64,000 bases of DNA from an uncultured Terracidiphilus sp. (GTDB lineage Bacteria; Acidobacteriota; Terriglobia; Terriglobales; Acidobacteriaceae), in NCBI GenBank assembly GCA_964585715.1, contig CAZPEZ010000004.1, positions 11,727 through 75,726 of the forward strand, given 5' to 3'. Below, piece after piece: positions 9,519 through 17,788 of this stretch. The notes beneath the pieces were generated by a model. That model did no database searches and was not told where the DNA came from. It saw nothing but the letters and a program-made list of their open reading frames with translations. Made by a program: the position numbers and the translations under genes. The stretch's first letter is position 1, and every line of letters begins with the position of its first letter.

Positions 9519-10937
9519 TTATCCGTTGGAGCTGGAGTTCTGCCCCAGCTCTTCGCTGATCTGCTTCATCTCGTTCGGCAGTTCCTGGAGTGCAATTTCC
9601 GCCTGCGAGTAGTCGTTTTGAAGCTGCGTCTTCAGCGGCGTAATGTAGTTCGTCTGGAAGTTGGTGATGTCGTTGTTCAGATCGGTCTCCTGGTTGCTGA
9701 TGCTTTGCAAGTCGACCGTGAACGCGCCGTTGCTGGGGTCGGTGAAGCTTGTCAGTGTCTGATCGAGCGAGTTGGCGAAGCCATTGAGAGACGTGCCCTG
9801 GAAGAAGGACTGTACGTCGCCGAAGTTGTTTTGCAGCACGCTTTGCAGCGTGGATGAATCGACCGTCAGAGTGCCGTCGTTGTTCACGCTGATGCCCAGG
9901 GAGGTCAGATTCGGCACCGTGGTCGTGCCCGAACCTGGGGTGTACGTATAGCTGAGGACTCCAAGCACCGACGATTGCAGGCTGCGCACCGTGGAATCGG
10001 TGGCCAGTGGGCCCTGCCCCGAGCCCGATGTATAGGTGAATTCGGTGTTCAGATCCGTGATGACCTTGTTGTAGTCGGTCACGAACTGATTGATCGCCGT
10101 TGAGGCCCCTGATGTGTCCTGCTGAACTGAGAGGCTAATCTGCGTTCCTGGATTGGCGCTCTGCAAATTGAGCGTCAGGCCCGGGACAGCACCGGTCACG
10201 GTATTTGAAGCGCTTGAGATCCCGATGCCGTCGACCGTCAACGAGGCGTTCTGACCTGTGGCCGCCTGCGTGAAACCAAAGCCCGCATTCCCAGTCACCG
10301 TGAAGTTTGCAGCGCTCCCCGAACTGTTGGCGACAATCGCCAGACGTGAGCCTGTTGCGTCGGTGACGACGCTCGCCGTCAAGCCAAGATTGTCGCCGTT
10401 GATCTGATTGGCCACGTCGGTCAGAGTCTCGGTTCCATCCGTCGTAATCGTTGTGGCGCCGCTCCCGGTGGTTACTGTGAAGCTTCCGGCCGGCAGAGCC
10501 GTAGTACTGCTCGCGAAGACTCCGGAGGCCCACGAGGATGTCGTGGCCAGGCTGTTGACGACGACCACATGATTTCCCGGAGTACTTCCGGAGGCCGCAG
10601 ACGCGGTCACTACGCCCGAATTCGAAGAAGAGACTGTTCTGGCGGAGAGCGGTCCCGTAATGCTGTTCAATGCCTGGGCATCGCTGTCGAGGTTCGAAAC
10701 GTCGCTCTGGATCTGGTTGATGTCCGAGGCCTGGCTCTGAAGTGTACTCAGCTGGTTCTGCCAGGCCGTTTCGGGGGCTTCTGCTGCTGTGACCGCCGAG
10801 TTCACGGCGGCAGTCACATCGATGCCGGGAGAGGAGGCGCCGAGGGCTGCCTCGAGGATCGAGCTCAGATCGATGGAAGAAGAAGAAGAGGAGCTGGATG
10901 ACAGCAAGGAACTGAGTGCCGACGAGATTGAGCTCAT
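9519..10937 (-). CDS. fliD: filament cap protein FliD
   Basis: GIDVTAAV, GQNASLTVDG, NTVTGAVPGLTLNL, FVTDYN, LGISVNNDGTLTVD. Confidence 0.92.
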   Translation of the reverse strand: MSSISSALSSLLSSSSSSSSSIDLSSILEAALGASSPGIDVTAAVNSAVTAAEAPETAWQNQLSTLQSQASDINQIQSDVSNLDSDAQALNSITGPLSARTVSSSNSGVVTASAASGSTPGNHVVVVNSLATTSSWASGVFASSTTALPAGSFTVTTGSGATTITTDGTETLTDVANQINGDNLGLTASVVTDATGSRLAIVANSSGSAANFTVTGNAGFGFTQAATGQNASLTVDGIGISSASNTVTGAVPGLTLNLQSANPGTQISLSVQQDTSGASTAINQFVTDYNKVITDLNTEFTYTSGSGQGPLATDSTVRSLQSSVLGVLSYTYTPGSGTTTVPNLTSLGISVNNDGTLTVDSSTLQSVLQNNFGDVQSFFQGTSLNGFANSLDQTLTSFTDPSNGAFTVDLQSISNQETDLNNDITNFQTNYITPLKTQLQNDYSQAEIALQELPNEMKQISEELGQNSSSNG

Positions 10938-11008
10938 GGGTAAATCCTTTGGTTTCTTTGGCCTGTTTGCGAGAGCCTCAAGATCGGTCCCGCTTCGGGC
11001 GCAAGACA

Positions 11009-11036
11009 ATATCGGCCACTTGAGCCTCCGATTTCA
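11009..11036 (-). promoter_or_regulatory. sigma28-like promoter for fliDS
   Basis: Minus strand TGAA-N16-GCCGATAT. Confidence 0.65.
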
Positions 11037-11051
11037 GGGCCTGCAGGGCAG

Positions 11052-11088
11052 AAAAAAAGCGGCAGCGCCGAAGAGCGCTGCCACTTTT
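11052..11088 (-). terminator. intrinsic terminator after fliC
   Basis: GGCAGCGC/GCGCTGCC stem flanked by A7 and T4. Confidence 0.8.
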
Positions 11089-11110
11089 GTTTGAGAGAAC
11101 CGAGGTTGAT

Positions 11111-11929
11111 TTATTGGAGCAGCTTAAGGACAGCTTGCTGCACTTGGTTGGCTTGCGACAGGGCGGCCATGCCGGTCTGCTGCAGAACGTTGTACTGCGT
11201 CATCTGAGCAACCGTCTGTCCGATATCCGCATTCTGGATGCTGTTCTGGGCCGCGGTCAGGTTTGTGACCTCGGTGTTTTCAACGTTGGTGTCAGCGGTC
11301 AGCTGGTTGACAGCCGCACCGATGGCGCCGCGGTTTGCGGCAACCGTGCCGATGGCGGTAGTGATGTCAGCCAGTGCCGTCTGCGCGTTGGCAGCGGAGG
11401 TCAGGTTGGTGCCCGTCAAAGCAAGGGCAGCGGTCGTCAGCGCGTTGATCGTGGTCGCGATGGTGGCGCTGCCGGCGGCCGTGCCGTCGCTGGTGTAGAC
11501 ATTCGCGGTTGTACCGAAGATCGCGCTGCCGTTGTAGTTGGTCGTCGATCCGATGTTGCCGACTTCAGACAGAATCGACTGATACTCCGTGTCCAGAGCG
11601 GTTGCCTGTGAGGCCGAGAGGCCGCCTGTGGACGCTTCTGTTGCCAGCGTCACAGCGCGGTCGAGAAGAGTCGTTACCTGGGAGAGCGCGCCGTCTGCGG
11701 TCTGCAACAGACCAACGCCGTCCGAGGCGTTCTGGCTCGACTGGGTCAGAGCCGAGATGTTTGCCTGCAGGCCGTTTGCGATCGAGAGGCCGGCGGCGTC
11801 GTCTGAACCGGAGTTGATCTTCAAGCCGGTCGAGAGTTCGGTAAGGGTCTTCTGAAGGCTGGTTTGCGTGTTGGAGAGTGCGTTCTCCGCCGTCAGGTCA
11901 GAGATGCTATTCAGGATTGTCAGCGCCAT
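11111..11929 (-). CDS. fliC: flagellin (minimal, 272 aa)
   Basis: LSTGLKINSGSDDAAGLSIA, LQTADGAL, IQNADIG, ALSQANQVQQAVLKLLQ. Confidence 0.95.
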   Translation of the reverse strand: MALTILNSISDLTAENALSNTQTSLQKTLTELSTGLKINSGSDDAAGLSIANGLQANISALTQSSQNASDGVGLLQTADGALSQVTTLLDRAVTLATEASTGGLSASQATALDTEYQSILSEVGNIGSTTNYNGSAIFGTTANVYTSDGTAAGSATIATTINALTTAALALTGTNLTSAANAQTALADITTAIGTVAANRGAIGAAVNQLTADTNVENTEVTNLTAAQNSIQNADIGQTVAQMTQYNVLQQTGMAALSQANQVQQAVLKLLQ

Positions 11930-12033
11930 TTTGTATTTCGCTCCTTATATCGATTGCCGCCTGCACCGAACCAGTTCCGCCTATTAGGTCCAGAATCGCT
12001 ACTTGGAGCAGGTGGTTGTTTGTTACGGGGTCT

Positions 12034-12061
12034 CTATCGGCCCCTGGTTTTCGAGATTCTA
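12034..12061 (-). promoter_or_regulatory. sigma28-like promoter for fliC
   Basis: Minus strand TAGA-N16-GCCGATAG, about 100 nt upstream of the ATG. Confidence 0.75.
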
Positions 12062-12147
12062 GTTTTAGCTCAGGATTCTTCCCCCAGGGGTATACAACTT
12101 TTGTGAGACAGCTGAGGTTCCTTGCAGGTTAAGTGGCCGCAAAATGC

Positions 12148-12194
12148 AAATGCTCGATAACTTATCCCTCATCGGGGGATGTTATCAAGCATTT
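12148..12194. terminator. long imperfect inverted repeat after the GGDEF gene
   Basis: AAATGCTCGATAAC...GTTATCAAGCATTT; possible terminator or insulator upstream of the fliC promoter. Confidence 0.45.
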
Positions 12195-12212
12195 CATCTT
12201 GCGCTACTCGAG

Positions 12213-13283
12213 CTATCGGGCTTTTCGTGAATGATTTTTGTCCTTATACATGCCCGCATCGGCCTCGGAGATCAGGTCCTGCAGCGACTTTCCGGTCTTC
12301 CATTCCGCCAGCCCGATCGACGCATCGACCTGAATTACCGGGTTTTCATTGCCTTTCCCGAGTTGCAGTGTGTATTTGCCGAAAACCCAATGACGGATCC
12401 GGTCGATGTGAGCCATCGCGCCTTCCACGTCGCATGCCAGTACGACAACAAACTCATCGCCGCCCCAGCGGCCTACTAAGTCGCCGGAGCGTGTATTGGT
12501 CTGCAGTTCGATCGCAAACTGCTTCAGCAAATCGTCGCCGGCGGGATGTCCGTACTTGTCATTCACCTGCTTGAAGCCGTTCAGATCGAGCATCAGGACG
12601 CAGAACGTCTGCTTGCTTTCGATGCTCCAGCGGACTCTCTCTTCGATGTTGCGGCGATTCGCAACGCGCGTCAGCTCGTCGCGCATGCTCAGCTGCTCGA
12701 CAGTTCTCAGTTTCGTTTCATAGATCGAAACCTCGGCGCGCAGCTGAGCTACTAACTCGTGGTTGTCGCGGTTCATCTGGTCCACGCTGTTCTTCAGCGA
12801 AGAGACCTGCTTGACCAGCGAAGTACGGATCTGCGTCAGATCGTCGAGATGGGCGATACGCTCCAGTTGTCCTGTAACTTCCTTGAAGCGGCTGGAGTAG
12901 CCCTGATCGCGGCTTCCCATGGCTTCTGCCGTCTTGGCCAGAGCAACCATGATCTCCCGCACTTCCTCAGCCTTTGCCTTCAGGTGATCAGCTACCCGGC
13001 CACCCCACTCCTGCAGCTGGATCTCGACCTGCTTCTCGACCTGCTTGACCGACTCGGGAGAAGGCTGAAACGAAACACGGTGCTCTAACCGCTGCAGGTT
13101 CGACTCAAGATCTGAGCCGAGGACCGGAGAGATCTGCACCGCGGTCTTTCCCATGGTGCAAAGGAGCGTGCGGTAGCTCTCCAGGGTGGCCGGCGAGAGC
13201 CCATCCAGCTCCGGCGCCGGTTCTGGCTCCTGCTCCAGCACGCCCTGCGAGGTCATATCGAGGTATTTCTTAAGGGAGATCAT
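12213..13283 (-). CDS. diguanylate cyclase (coiled-coil + GGDEF)
   Basis: DELTRVANRR, DLNGFKQVNDKYGHPAGD, RSGD I-site, GGDEF, ADAGMY. Confidence 0.92.
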   Translation of the reverse strand: MISLKKYLDMTSQGVLEQEPEPAPELDGLSPATLESYRTLLCTMGKTAVQISPVLGSDLESNLQRLEHRVSFQPSPESVKQVEKQVEIQLQEWGGRVADHLKAKAEEVREIMVALAKTAEAMGSRDQGYSSRFKEVTGQLERIAHLDDLTQIRTSLVKQVSSLKNSVDQMNRDNHELVAQLRAEVSIYETKLRTVEQLSMRDELTRVANRRNIEERVRWSIESKQTFCVLMLDLNGFKQVNDKYGHPAGDDLLKQFAIELQTNTRSGDLVGRWGGDEFVVVLACDVEGAMAHIDRIRHWVFGKYTLQLGKGNENPVIQVDASIGLAEWKTGKSLQDLISEADAGMYKDKNHSRKAR

Positions 13284-13438
13284 GCTCGAGTCTTGCCCTT
13301 TCTCGCTAAATGAAACATTTATTTAAGGTTAGCCATCACGTTTTCGTGCTTGACCGTGTTTTGGTTCCGGATTTACAAGGCCCGAGCCAGGGAGTCGTGA
13401 GACGAAGGAAACCTGGCGCTGCGATGGCAGCGCGACAA

Positions 13439-13466
13439 CTATCGGTACTTCGAGCGCCAGATTTCA
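13439..13466 (-). promoter_or_regulatory. sigma28-like promoter for the GGDEF gene
   Basis: Minus strand TGAA-N16-ACCGATAG. Confidence 0.55.
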
Positions 13467-13546
13467 ATCAGAACGTTGGTTTGCGGCGCTTAGGGTAACA
13501 GGCCCAAACCCTAAGCCTTTCCGGGTTTGGGAACTCTGGAACGCGT

Positions 13547-14863
13547 CTAGCCGTTCTGCCGGCGTGGGGGAATCTCCGATCCCCAGAAGGCATAGTAGGC
13601 GACACAGATGTAGCAGATCAGCACTACCGACATGGCTAGAGCCATGCTGTGCGTCTTCTGGAAGACCAACCCGATGGCGAGCGTGACGAGCGCGCCGCCA
13701 ATGATCGACATGACCAGGAAGGAGGCCGCTGGCTTCGTGTTCAAGCCCAGATCGCTAATTCCGAGCGCGAAAATCGTCGGAAACATGATCGACATGAAGA
13801 AGCTTGTTAGAAAAATAGCCCAGACGCCGACCCATCCGGGCCAGAGCATTCCCACAGTGACTAATCCGACATTCGCGACTGCGAATATCCCCATCAGCAC
13901 GTTTGCGCGAATCCGCTTCATCCAATAGCTCGACCCGAACCGGCCAACCCCGAACCCAGCCAACGTTCCGGTGAGGAAATAGCCCGCGGTCTTCTCCGGC
14001 AGATGCGTGTAGTCCTGCACATACTGAATGAAGTAGCTCCACGTGCCCACCTGCGCGCCTACATAGCAGAACTGCGCAAGCACCGCGAGCAGGAAGTGTG
14101 GATAACGAAACAGGTCTGCGAAGCGGCCCGAAGGCTCCTCGTCTCTTGCGGATGGTGCCGCCGCAACCGCGGGAAACGGCGTGAGCGCAAGCAAGAGAGC
14201 CCAAAGCAAAACCGCTGCGCCGATCGCCATATAGGGCGGCACAACGCGCATCGTTTCCTGATGGAGATACGCACCGTAGGTTCCATCCATCTTGAGGCGC
14301 GCAATCTCTGACGGCATCAATTCCACGCCTGAGAAGATAAACACTGTGCCAATCAAAACACCGGAGATGGACCCCAATGGATTGAAGGCCTGCGAGAAAT
14401 TGAGACGCCGTACCGCGCTGCCCGCATCGCCCATTTGGGCAATGAGTGGATTGGCGCCGGTCTCAAGAAACCCCAGGCCGCTGGCGATCACAAAGAGGGC
14501 GATCAGAAACAGTGGGTAGCTTCCCGCCGAAGCGGCGGGCCAGAACAGGAAAGTTCCGATGCCGTAGAGCAACAATCCTGTCAGCAGGCCAGCTTTATAG
14601 CCGCGCGCCCGCATCACAAAAGCGGCGGGAATGGAAAAGACGAAGTATCCGATGTAGAACGCGAACTGGACAAGGCCCGCCTGGAGCCGCGAAAGCTCGA
14701 ACGACTTCATGAACTGCCGAATCAATACGTCGTTGAGGTTGTTTGCTACACCCCAGAGGAAGAAGAGCCCTGTGACCAGGATGAAGGCGCTCATCCCTTC
14801 GCTGGGAAAGAGCGGCTTGCCTTGATCCTGGGCGGATTTGGGCGGGGTCACGGCAATCGCCAA
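13547..14863 (-). CDS. fucP: FucP-family MFS sugar:H+ symporter
   Basis: LFFLWG, LETGANP, RLNFSQAFNPLGS, AQFCYVGAQVG, SIMFPTIF; TTG start after AAGGAG. Confidence 0.88.
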   Translation of the reverse strand: MAIAVTPPKSAQDQGKPLFPSEGMSAFILVTGLFFLWGVANNLNDVLIRQFMKSFELSRLQAGLVQFAFYIGYFVFSIPAAFVMRARGYKAGLLTGLLLYGIGTFLFWPAASAGSYPLFLIALFVIASGLGFLETGANPLIAQMGDAGSAVRRLNFSQAFNPLGSISGVLIGTVFIFSGVELMPSEIARLKMDGTYGAYLHQETMRVVPPYMAIGAAVLLWALLLALTPFPAVAAAPSARDEEPSGRFADLFRYPHFLLAVLAQFCYVGAQVGTWSYFIQYVQDYTHLPEKTAGYFLTGTLAGFGVGRFGSSYWMKRIRANVLMGIFAVANVGLVTVGMLWPGWVGVWAIFLTSFFMSIMFPTIFALGISDLGLNTKPAASFLVMSIIGGALVTLAIGLVFQKTHSMALAMSVVLICYICVAYYAFWGSEIPPRRQNG

Positions 14864-14962
14864 GGCCTGCTCCTTCTCAGTTACCGTCTGGCGCAACCCT
14901 ACCTTTATACCGGTTCGAAGGCACAAACAGTCAACGAGCTGGATCTGCGTTGATCAAGCCGC

Positions 14963-15079
14963 CTACTGAGGTCTCCAGATGCGGAACTCCCCGCTCAGGT
15001 GCATCAGGCTCATCAAGTAGAGCATTCCATCGTAGTAGCGATTCTGTCGTGAAGGGATCGGCATCTTCCATAGTGCCTC
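14963..15079 (-). pseudogene. C-terminal remnant of a GH8 xylanase / reducing-end exo-oligoxylanase
   Basis: Translates to EALWKMPIPSRQNRYYDGMLYLMSLMHLSGEFRIWRPQ*; an in-frame TAA lies just upstream; RYYDGMLYxxxLxHLSGxFRIW resembles the GH8 Rex-type C-terminus. Confidence 0.7.
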
Positions 15080-15110
15080 GGCAGTTGATTACGGAGGGAG
15101 ATCCAACGCG

Positions 15111-16097
15111 CTAGTGCTGGGGTTGGGCTGGCGGAGCCGATTGGGGTGCAGGATGCCCCGCATTTTGTGCGTCCCGTTGCGCAGCCAGTCGCGCCAGTTT
15201 CTCCTCGTGCTTCCGCTTCATGTAACGGGCCATGTCGGGCCAGAACTCGATAATCTCAGAGCCGACGATGCCCTCTGCAGAGACGGTCAATCCATCGGAA
15301 ACCGTGTCGTTGACGGTGCGCTCGGAGGCAGGATAGTAGATGCGGCCAATGGCGGCGCCTATCATGTTGCCGCCGACGTTGGCGTAGTTCGGTCCCCACT
15401 TGCCGTTATCGCGTTTGCACCAAACGGTGCTGGTGGCCGCCCACAGAAAGCGCTTCATCTTGCTGCCTGTGCCCTTCTGGTAGTAGCGCGGATCTTCGCG
15501 AAGCACACTGGTTAGCACGGCATTGCCAAAGAAGTTGCCTATGAACGAGTCGGAGTAAGATGCGCCGAACCGCTTGGAGTAACCCTGGACGCCCTGGCCC
15601 CACTGCGGTTCACTGTCACTCGCCTGATTGAGTCCGCCAACGATAGCCGACAGAAGAAAAGGCCATGGATCGATTTCGCTCCGGAAGAAGAGTCGGAACT
15701 TTTGCCCCGAAGACAGAGGTAGTGCGTTGCGATTGGTCGTGGTGTTAAACGTGGCCATCACGCCGGCAACCCGCTGCTGCTCCTGTTGCTTGAGTTGTTC
15801 CTCGGCCTGATCGTGCGTGGTCTTCTTGTCGCTGGGTTGCGTCGAAGGCGACTGCAAACTGGGCGAAGTTTGGCCCGCAGGTTGCGGAGTGCTCTGCGTC
15901 TGTGCTGGTGAGCTTGGTGCTTCGGTGGACTCGGGCGAAGCGATTTCAGCTTGAGGTTGTGGCGCTTCAGGCAGGTCTTGCGCAACCAACACAATCCGGG
16001 CTAAGTCTGCAGACTGTGCGGAGCAAGCCGAAGGTGTGACCGTCTGGATCAAACCGACAGCCAGCCCTAAACAAACACCGCGAATTGCAAAGTGCAT
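15111..16097 (-). CDS. hypothetical exported protein (probable outer-membrane/periplasmic)
   Basis: Signal-like N-terminus, Pro/Gln/Ser linker (LPEAPQPQ), WGQGVQGYSKRFG, LREDPRYY, EFWPD. Confidence 0.75.
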   Translation of the reverse strand: MHFAIRGVCLGLAVGLIQTVTPSACSAQSADLARIVLVAQDLPEAPQPQAEIASPESTEAPSSPAQTQSTPQPAGQTSPSLQSPSTQPSDKKTTHDQAEEQLKQQEQQRVAGVMATFNTTTNRNALPLSSGQKFRLFFRSEIDPWPFLLSAIVGGLNQASDSEPQWGQGVQGYSKRFGASYSDSFIGNFFGNAVLTSVLREDPRYYQKGTGSKMKRFLWAATSTVWCKRDNGKWGPNYANVGGNMIGAAIGRIYYPASERTVNDTVSDGLTVSAEGIVGSEIIEFWPDMARYMKRKHEEKLARLAAQRDAQNAGHPAPQSAPPAQPQH

Positions 16098-16364
16098 CCA
16101 TTCACCAATAAGGGTCCTATTTCCCATCATAATCGGCAACGGATGCACCCGAATTCAGCGACACGTACAATTCGCGGAAATCGAGTAAGAAAATTCGGGT
16201 CGACCCTTCTAAGTTAGACGACAAACATGCCCTGGTAGACCCGAAATACTCTCGATTTACGCGATTGTCACACGATCGTACTCTTCCCCTTTGAACACAC
16301 GCGCAGGAAAAGAGTCGCAGCACATTCGTCGTTGAAGGGTTCGGCGGGCGGGCCCAGCGCCCGC

Positions 16365-17030
16365 CTATCTGTTGACCGCGATCTTGCTCTTGAGCTCGGC
16401 GAGAAGTGTTTCGACTTTGTCCTCGCTCTCCAGTGCCTTGAACTTGTCCTCGAGGGTCTCTGGGGCCAGGATTTCAGATGCCGCCGCGTTTTCTGCCGAC
16501 TTCACGTGGACCTTGCTCTTCATCCGTCCCAGCGTCTGCTCCTGGTCGACACCGACCACTTGACGCGCTTGGGTGGCGCGGCCCACGACCCTGGCACGGC
16601 GATGTTCCGCCACCAGCATCTCGCAATGTGCGCGCGTCTCGCTGAGTTTCTGCTCGAGCTTGCATAGCGCCTGACGCAGACTGTCGGCCTCATGTTTCTG
16701 ATCTTCGGCCTGCGCCGCAAAGCCATCGGCGAGCTGCGTCTGGCTCAGCGAGCGCTCCAGCGCGGCACGTGCCAGATCGTCCTGATTCTTCGTCACTGCC
16801 AGTTCCGCCTTGCGTCGCCAGTCGGCAGCCTGCTGCTCGTGCTCGGTGTGCTTCTTTTCCAGCAGATGCTGATCGGCGATTGCGATCGCGACTTGCGTCT
16901 TTACCTGGAGCAGCTGGTTCTCCATATCGAGAACAATCTGCTTCAACATCCGCTCGGGGTCCTCGGCCTTCTCGACCAGGTCGTTGAGGTTCGCGCGGAG
17001 CAGCGTGCTCACTCTATCCAGTAGGGACAT
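16365..17030 (-). CDS. pspA: PspA/IM30 (ESCRT-III-like) protein
   Basis: MSLLDRVSTLLRANLNDLVEKAEDPERML, WRRKAELAV, DDLARAAL, LEDKFKALE. Confidence 0.93.
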   Translation of the reverse strand: MSLLDRVSTLLRANLNDLVEKAEDPERMLKQIVLDMENQLLQVKTQVAIAIADQHLLEKKHTEHEQQAADWRRKAELAVTKNQDDLARAALERSLSQTQLADGFAAQAEDQKHEADSLRQALCKLEQKLSETRAHCEMLVAEHRRARVVGRATQARQVVGVDQEQTLGRMKSKVHVKSAENAAASEILAPETLEDKFKALESEDKVETLLAELKSKIAVNR

Positions 17031-17093
17031 AACTCCTCCTTCTCTCCTTCCACTGCCCGCCTCAGGCTGGAGGTGAGCAATGCACTGTGTCTG

Positions 17094-17717
17094 CTACTTC
17101 TTTGCCGGTTCCGCTGCCGGAGCAGTGGACTGTTTCAACTCCGTCACGTCCTTCATCATCTCCGCGGTCAGTGCCTTGCTGCGTTCGGACATTCTGCTCA
17201 TCACCAGCGGCATGTACTCACGCGCGATCTTCGGCTGCGCATCGAGCAGATGCTGACCGGCCGTGGAGCCGTAGAAAGCGATCATGGCATCTACGTCTTC
17301 GCGGGTCAGATAGTGCTGATAAAGCCCTGTCATGTCCGCGAGCATCTCATCGATGGGATAGAGATTCACCGCCTTCTCCATGTATTTGTGCATCAGCCGG
17401 TCAAGCTGCTCGCGCTGCTCTGTAGTCAGCTGGGGCCCCGAAGGATTCTGGGCCATGATGGCCTGCATCTGCTCCTTCAACTGGGATTCGACCGTCGTGG
17501 GAATGATTCTTTGTACCGACTGCATCTGATCGCGGATCCGCATCACCTCAAAGAGCTTGGCCAGCTGTTCTTTCGTCGCCTGATCCTCGGGGGGAATTGT
17601 TTGAGCGGTTTGCACGCTCGTACCCGGAGAAGACGCTTCAGGTGGTGCTTGCGCAAAACTCGCCATCGGCAACAACAGCAAAACCGCGCCGAACATTATG
17701 GCCATTGAACGTTTCAT
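17094..17717 (-). CDS. exported DUF2059-like protein
   Basis: Signal peptide; YQHYLTREDVDAMIAFYGSTAGQHLL. Confidence 0.8.
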   Translation of the reverse strand: MKRSMAIMFGAVLLLLPMASFAQAPPEASSPGTSVQTAQTIPPEDQATKEQLAKLFEVMRIRDQMQSVQRIIPTTVESQLKEQMQAIMAQNPSGPQLTTEQREQLDRLMHKYMEKAVNLYPIDEMLADMTGLYQHYLTREDVDAMIAFYGSTAGQHLLDAQPKIAREYMPLVMSRMSERSKALTAEMMKDVTELKQSTAPAAEPAKK

Positions 17718-17788
17718 CGTGTCCTCTTCTCCGCCGCAGCGGGGTGGGAGGCCCGGCTTCGCACAGAACGCACGAAGCCGGACTCGCG

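Noticed and set aside
10877-10892. (GAA)n run in fliD as a phase-variation tract
   Set aside because: A short in-frame trinucleotide run encoding poly-Ser; length changes would not shift the frame.
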